This document shows, piece after piece, positions 59,193 through 64,000 of a DNA stretch of 64,000 nt (the first letter of the stretch is position 1; every line of letters begins with the position of its first letter). A program made the position numbers and the translations under genes. The DNA is from Alphaproteobacteria bacterium (lineage in GTDB: Bacteria; Pseudomonadota; Alphaproteobacteria; Bin95), in contig CAXXWS020000002.1 in assembly GCA_963665325.3 (NCBI GenBank), positions 497,644 through 561,643 of the forward strand. Reading direction: 5' to 3'. The notes below the pieces were generated by a model. It saw nothing but the letters and a program-made list of their open reading frames with translations, was not told where the DNA came from and made no database searches.

Positions 59193-60478
59193 TGCTGTGC
59201 CGGACCGGTTTCGGGCTGGCGCTGGCGGTGTGTCCGCTGCCGGCCCTGGCGGAGGCCGGAACCGTGAGTGCCGGCGATACGGCATGGATGATCGCCGCAA
59301 GCGCTCTTGTCCTGCTGATGACCCTGCCGGGCCTCGCCATGTTTTATGCAGGCCAGGTGCGCGCGCAGGCCGTGCTATCGGTCGTCATGCAGTGCCTGGC
59401 CGTCGCCTGCCTCTCGAGTGTGCTCTGGCTCGCGGGCGGCTACAGCCTTGCATTCGGAGACAGCCTGGGCGGGCTCGTCGGCAGCCTCGACAGGATTTTC
59501 TTCGCGGGCATCGGGCGGGATGCGGTCAGGGGCACGATTCCGGAGATTGTCTTCGCCGTTTTCCAGATGACCTTCGCGATCGTCGCACCCGCAATCATGA
59601 TCGGCGCCTGGGTGGAGCGGATACGTTTCCCGGTCGTACTGATCGTAAGCGGGGCCTGGCTGCTGCTGGTCTATGCGCCGGTCTGCCACTGGGTGCGGGG
59701 CGGCGGCTGGCTGGCGGGACTCGGCGTCGCGGATTTCGCCGGTGGACTCGTCGTCCACGTCAGTGCGGGCGTTTCGGCTCTCACGATTGCGAAACTCCTT
59801 GGCGCCCGGCAGGGCTTCCCCGGCAATATCCATCCGCCGCACAATCCCGGCATGACGGCTGTCGGCGCGGCGCTGCTCTGGGTCGGCTGGTTCGGTTTCA
59901 ACGGCGGCAGCGCGTTGGCGGCCGACGCCACGGCCGGCATGGCGGTTGCGGCGACGCATATTGCCGCGGCGACGGCCGCCATGACCTGGGCGGCGATCGA
60001 GTGGATCAGGTTCGGCAAGGCCTCGCTCGTCGGGGCGGTGACGGGCATGATTGCCGGCCTCGCCGCGGTGACGCCGGCGTCCGGCTTCATCGAGCCCGCA
60101 GGCGCGTTGGTGCTGGGCGCGGTTGCTGGAGCCGCCTGTTTCGCGGCGACGGAAGCAGTCAGGAAGTCATTGAAAATCGATGATTCTCTGGGTGTATTCG
60201 CCGTGCACGGAGTGGGCGGTGCGGCCGGCGCACTGCTGGTTGCCGTCCTGGTGACGGATGCGCTCGGTGGTCCGGGCCTGGGTGAGGGAGCGACCGCCGG
60301 TGGCCGAATCGCCGTGCAGGCGGCGGGTGTGCTGGGGGTCGCCGCTTGGGCGGTCGTCGCGACCTTCGTCATCGTCAAGGCCGCCGAAGCGTTGGTCGGC
60401 GGCCTGACAGTGGACAAGGAAGATGAACTGGTGGGTCTTGACCTTGCCGCCCACGGCGAACGGGGCTACGACCTTTAG
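59189..60478 (+). CDS. amtB: ammonium transporter (Amt family)
   Basis: Signal peptide then ..DTAWMIAASALVLLMTLPGLAMFYAG.., ..DFAGGLVVHVSAG.., ..GVFAVHGVGG... The start overlaps the glnE stop (GTGATG). Confidence 0.9.
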   Translation: MMLCRTGFGLALAVCPLPALAEAGTVSAGDTAWMIAASALVLLMTLPGLAMFYAGQVRAQAVLSVVMQCLAVACLSSVLWLAGGYSLAFGDSLGGLVGSLDRIFFAGIGRDAVRGTIPEIVFAVFQMTFAIVAPAIMIGAWVERIRFPVVLIVSGAWLLLVYAPVCHWVRGGGWLAGLGVADFAGGLVVHVSAGVSALTIAKLLGARQGFPGNIHPPHNPGMTAVGAALLWVGWFGFNGGSALAADATAGMAVAATHIAAATAAMTWAAIEWIRFGKASLVGAVTGMIAGLAAVTPASGFIEPAGALVLGAVAGAACFAATEAVRKSLKIDDSLGVFAVHGVGGAAGALLVAVLVTDALGGPGLGEGATAGGRIAVQAAGVLGVAAWAVVATFVIVKAAEALVGGLTVDKEDELVGLDLAAHGERGYDL

Positions 60479-60609
60479 CCAAGGGTGAGTACAGTTACCG
60501 AAGGCTATGTCGGGCGGCGGGATCGTGCAAGAATAGGGCAAACAGCGCCTGAGATGGGCGAAACAGGTGCTTGGGCCGCGCTGGACGCCGCCGGACACGG
60601 ACAGGAGGA

Positions 60610-60954
60610 ATGAGAATGGAAGTCAGGATGGAACGGCGCGAGGGCGCTCTGCTTGCGGTGCCGGAAGGCCGCATCGACAGTGCGACGGCCCGTGATTTCG
60701 AGAGCAAGATGAAAGCGGCGATCCAGGACGACGACCGTGCCGTCGTCGTGAACCTGTCCCAGCTTTCCTATATCAGCAGTGCCGGTCTTCGCGCGGTGCT
60801 CGTGATCGCCAAGGGTCTCTGGAGGCGGGATGCGAGCTTCGCGCTCTGCGCGCTTCCCGACACCGTCCGGGAGATCGTCCAGCTTTCCGGTTTCGACAAG
60901 ATCATCCAGATTCACGGGTCCGAGGTCGAGGCGCTCGACGCGGTCGGGAACTGA
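60610..60954 (+). CDS. STAS-domain protein (anti-sigma-factor antagonist-like)
   Basis: AGGAGG SD then ATG at 60610. ..LSQLSYISSAGLRAVLVIAK.. STAS core. Confidence 0.75.
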   Translation: MRMEVRMERREGALLAVPEGRIDSATARDFESKMKAAIQDDDRAVVVNLSQLSYISSAGLRAVLVIAKGLWRRDASFALCALPDTVREIVQLSGFDKIIQIHGSEVEALDAVGN

Positions 60955-61178
60955 CGGGCGGATCGCGGACCGATCCGGCGCCCGACGGATTCGGCGCAGC
61001 AATCCTTCCAACTGCCGCACCGCGGTAAACTTCTATTGAGAGGCGGCGCAGCGGGTTTCGCAACCGTTGCGCCGCAGTATTTGGAACAGGGTGCGAAGGC
61101 GGCCCGGCTGTCCGATACCGGGAGCGGGCGCTGCGGCTCCGGTCTATACTGCCCGCTCCGAAGCAACGGAAATGCGCG

Positions 61179-62048
61179 ATGACCGGCCTCTGCGCCTTCT
61201 TCCCGACCAGGGATTTCGGCTCCGATTTCGCTGCCATCCGGGACTGGGCCCAGGCAGCGGAGGATCTGGGCTACGACTGGATTACGGTTCCCGACCATGT
61301 GCTCGGTGCGGACCCGGCCACGCGCGACGGCTGGAAGCCGCCCTACACCCACCTGGACCAGTTCCACGAGACCTTCGTCACGATGGGCTATCTGGCGGCC
61401 TGCACGACGCGAATCGGGCTGGCCTCTGGCGTGTTGATTCTGCCGCAACGCCAGACGGCGCTCGTCGCCAAGCAGGCGGCCGAGGTGGATATCCTGTCCG
61501 GCGGGCGCCTTAGGCTCGGCATCGGTACCGGTTGGAACTTCGTCGAATACGAGGCACTGAACGAGGACTGGGAAACGCGCGGCGCCCGGCAGGCGGAGCA
61601 GGTGGCGCTGATGCGCCGGCTCTGGACGGAGGACCTGGTGACGACCGAGGGACGCTGGCACGGCTTTGCCGACGCCGGGCTCAATCCGTTGCCGCCCCAA
61701 CGCCCGATCCCGGTCTGGTTCGGCGGCACGCATCCGGCCGTGCTGCGCCGCGCGGCAAAGATGGGCGACGGGTGGATTCCCATCGCCCGCCCGGACGACG
61801 CCGGCAAGCGGCTGGTCGAGACGCTTCACGGTCTGCTGGAGGCGGAGGGGCGCGATCCGGCTTCGTTCGGCATCGACGCCTGGCTGCGCGCTTCCTCGCC
61901 CGACGTGCAGAAATGGGCTGCTGCTGCCGAGGGCTGGCGGGCGCTCGGCGCAAGCCTGCTGACGCTCTACCCGCTCTACCGGGTGGAGTCGGTGGACGAA
62001 CGCATCCAGGCGCTTGCGCGCTTCAAGGAGGCGGCCGGCGCTTGCTGA
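61179..62048 (+). CDS. luciferase-like monooxygenase (LLM) class oxidoreductase, F420-dependent-type
   Basis: ..ITVPDHVLG.., ..ILPQRQTALVAKQAAEVDILSGGRLRLGIGTGW.. LLM signature. Confidence 0.8.
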   Translation: MTGLCAFFPTRDFGSDFAAIRDWAQAAEDLGYDWITVPDHVLGADPATRDGWKPPYTHLDQFHETFVTMGYLAACTTRIGLASGVLILPQRQTALVAKQAAEVDILSGGRLRLGIGTGWNFVEYEALNEDWETRGARQAEQVALMRRLWTEDLVTTEGRWHGFADAGLNPLPPQRPIPVWFGGTHPAVLRRAAKMGDGWIPIARPDDAGKRLVETLHGLLEAEGRDPASFGIDAWLRASSPDVQKWAAAAEGWRALGASLLTLYPLYRVESVDERIQALARFKEAAGAC

Positions 62049-63169
62049 CGATCTCCGGCGGACAGGTCCTGTCGCCGGAAGGCGGCTTCGAGCGGGGCGA
62101 TCTTGCCGTCGCCGACGGGCGCATTGCGGCCGCCGGCAGCGGCGGAGGCGAGGTTCTCGACGCCTCCGGGCTTCTGGTCCTGCCGGGAATCGTGGATATC
62201 CACGGCGACGCCTTCGAACGCCAGATCATGCCGCGCCCGGGCGTCCATTTCCCGCTGGACGTGGCGCTGCTGGACACCGACCGGCAGATGGCCGCCAACG
62301 GCATCACCACGGCTTACCACGCCGTCACATGGTCGTGGGAACCGGGACTGCGCGGGCGCGGCACGCTGGTGGCGCTGATGAATGCGCTGGAGGCGCTGGA
62401 AGGCCGCCTCGTCGTGGACACCCGCCTGCACCTGCGCATCGAGACCTACAATCTGGGCGCGGTGGACGAGCTTTGCGAGTGGATGGGAGCGGGGAAAGTC
62501 GATCTCCTCGCCTTCAACGACCATTTCGAGGAGATCTACGAGCAGTGCCGCGACGGCGAAAAGATCGGGAAATACGCAGAGCGCGCGGGGCTCGCGCACG
62601 ACGCCTTTCTTGACCTTCTGGAGGAGGTGCGAAAGGGAGTGCCCGAGGTGCCGGCGGCCATGCGGCGGGTCGCAGCGGCGGCGGAAGCGGCGGGCGTCGT
62701 CCGGCTCGCCCATGACGAGGAGACGCTCGAAGACCGGAGCCTTTATCGCAGCCTGGGCGCGCTGATTTCCGAGTTTCCGGAGATTGTGCCGGTGGCGCGC
62801 GAGGCGGCTGCGGCAGGGGAGGACGTCGTGTTCGGGGCGCCGAATGTGCTGCGGGGCGGCAGCCACGCCGGCTGTCCCGGAGCGGCTGACATGGTCCGCG
62901 AGGGCTTCTGCACAGTGCTGGCCTCGGACTACTACTATCCCGCCCTGCTGCTGGCGCCGTTCCGGCTGGCGGAGCAGGGCATCCTCAAGCTGGAGGAGGC
63001 CTGGCCGCTGGTCTCCGCAAACCCGGCCCGCGCGGCGGGCTTGGCCGACCGGGGTGCGCTCGTCGAGGACGCACGGGCGGACATCTTGCTCGTCGATCCC
63101 TCCGGCCCCGTGCCCCGCCCCGCCGCCATGCTCGCCGGAGGCAGGCTGCTGCGCTTCGGGATCGGCTGA
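62042..63169 (+). CDS. PhnM-like amidohydrolase (alpha-D-ribose 1-methylphosphonate 5-triphosphate diphosphatase family)
   Basis: ..LVLPGIVDIHGDAFE.., ..AHDEET.., ..VLASDYYYPALL... TTG start at 62042 overlaps the upstream stop by 7 nt (inside track ORF 61532..63169). Confidence 0.7.
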   Translation: MLTISGGQVLSPEGGFERGDLAVADGRIAAAGSGGGEVLDASGLLVLPGIVDIHGDAFERQIMPRPGVHFPLDVALLDTDRQMAANGITTAYHAVTWSWEPGLRGRGTLVALMNALEALEGRLVVDTRLHLRIETYNLGAVDELCEWMGAGKVDLLAFNDHFEEIYEQCRDGEKIGKYAERAGLAHDAFLDLLEEVRKGVPEVPAAMRRVAAAAEAAGVVRLAHDEETLEDRSLYRSLGALISEFPEIVPVAREAAAAGEDVVFGAPNVLRGGSHAGCPGAADMVREGFCTVLASDYYYPALLLAPFRLAEQGILKLEEAWPLVSANPARAAGLADRGALVEDARADILLVDPSGPVPRPAAMLAGGRLLRFGIG

Positions 63170-63328
63170 CGATTCGGTTCAAGAAACGATCTGCCCCCGT
63201 CCTGCCGGCGGCGCCGGCAGCTTGAGCCCGGCCTCTCGGTATTCGGGGCCGGCATGGCTGGCGCAGGGGCTTGCGGCCGGTGGCCAAGGCTTGCTTGACT
63301 GACAGCTGACCCTTGCCGGAGACCTCGA

Positions 63329-64000
63329 ATGAATCTGGCCGCATTGATGATCCGTGCAGCCCGCGCCAGGCCGGACAGCCTTGCGCTGGCGCGCGGGCTC
63401 GAACCGCACTCCGACTACCGCACGCTTGCCGACCGCTCAGCCGCTATCGCCGGCTCCCTGCGCGCCGCCGGCCTGCAGCCCGGAGACCGTGTGGCGATCG
63501 CGATGAAGAACTGCCCGGAATTCATCGAACTGCTTTACGGCATCTGGCATGCGGGCCTCTGCGCCGTACCGGTCAATGCCCGGCTGCACCCGGCGGAGTT
63601 CGCCTACATCTTCGAGAACTCCGGCGCTCGGGTCGTGGCCGTCACGCCGGACCTAGCGGACGCGCTGGCCCCGGTCTGCGACGGCCTGCCCGAGGTGGAA
63701 CGCATGCTCGTCGTCGGGGAGGCGGAGTTCCGGGCCCTCTACGACGGCGAGCGGATCGGCCTCGCCGATGTCGCGCCGACGGACAATGCGTGGCTGTTCT
63801 ACACCAGCGGCACGACCGGCCGGCCAAAGGGTGCCGCGCTCTCGCACCGCAACCTGATGCACTGCACGCTCGGCTATTTCTCCGACGTGGACGACATCTC
63901 CGAGGGCGATGCCGTGCTGCATCCCGCGCCGCTCAGCCATGCATCCGGCTGCTACAGCATCCCCTATGTCGTCCGCGCCAGCCCCCAGGTGGTGCCCCAC
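63329..64000 (+). CDS. AMP-dependent acyl-CoA synthetase/ligase, partial (runs off the window end)
   Basis: Own translation from the ATG at 63329: MNLAALMIRAARARPDSLALA... with the AMP-binding signature FYTSGTTGRPKGA. Not in the ORF track because there is no stop in the window. Confidence 0.8.
   Translation, partial: MNLAALMIRAARARPDSLALARGLEPHSDYRTLADRSAAIAGSLRAAGLQPGDRVAIAMKNCPEFIELLYGIWHAGLCAVPVNARLHPAEFAYIFENSGARVVAVTPDLADALAPVCDGLPEVERMLVVGEAEFRALYDGERIGLADVAPTDNAWLFYTSGTTGRPKGAALSHRNLMHCTLGYFSDVDDISEGDAVLHPAPLSHASGCYSIPYVVRASPQVVPH

Noticed and set aside
2686-59300. Very long antisense ORFs opposite real genes (for example 2686..5073 plus, 4830..6278 plus, 6624..8618 plus, 10051..12231 plus, 13581..15491 plus, 26160..28655 plus, 31897..34248 plus, 36376..37839 plus, 39210..40859 plus, 53309..56302 minus, 55953..59300 minus).
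   Set aside because: These are typical shadow ORFs of a high-GC genome. Their products are dominated by R/P/G/A/H/D runs and have no recognisable motifs. The opposite strand carries genes with clear family signatures.

Overview
High-GC (roughly 68-70% by eye) proteobacterial window with alphaproteobacteria-like codon usage. Positions ~560-49,600 form one mobile-element-like block, transcribed almost entirely on the minus strand. It holds an IncI/Dot-Icm-type type IVB secretion (conjugation) gene set: dotA/traY-like, dotO/icmB, dotG, dotH, two dotI/icmL paralogs, icmT, dotB, dotC, dotD and a VirD4/TraG-family coupling protein. This is joined to an R64-like type IVb thin-pilus cluster: pilN secretin, pilO, pilP-like, pilQ ATPase, a two-piece pilR-like platform, a pilS-like pilin, two pilV-like proteins and a short prepilin peptidase. 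More than 20 gene junctions are ATGA/GTGA 4-nt start/stop overlaps, which I used to trim the over-long ORFs in the track. Several things in this block do not belong to a textbook T4BSS. (1) A 12-copy ~52-bp tandem array sits directly upstream of a membrane-anchored protein that has only an integrase Arm-type N-terminal domain. (2) HU-like, SSB-like and ribbon-helix-helix genes are embedded in the structural operon. (3) Three consecutive lipoproteins include one with a staphylococcal-nuclease domain between two TbpB-like beta-barrel modules. (4) A ~4.3-kb four-gene transposon (DDE transposase, TniB-like ATPase, RepA/AAA_25-like ATPase, Zn-ribbon/HTH protein) lies exactly at the junction of the two platform half-genes. 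(5) A cargo block of two orphan secreted proteins is bracketed by three plus-strand DUF1640-like paralogs. (6) A possible opposite-strand small membrane ORF is nested in the operon. The block ends at ~49.6 kb against a 5'-truncated isocitrate/isopropylmalate-dehydrogenase-family gene. At that point the pilN lipoprotein signal region has no canonical start codon. The remaining ~14 kb looks like ordinary chromosomal or chromid metabolism: two Asp/Glu-racemase-family paralogs, a DUF898 + M48 peptidase pair, a YbdK-type carboxylate-amine ligase, glnE overlapping an ammonium transporter, a STAS protein, an LLM oxidoreductase, a PhnM-like amidohydrolase and a partial acyl-CoA synthetase. No rRNA, tRNA or CRISPR array was recognised. 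All family assignments come from motifs recognised by eye, not from database searches.
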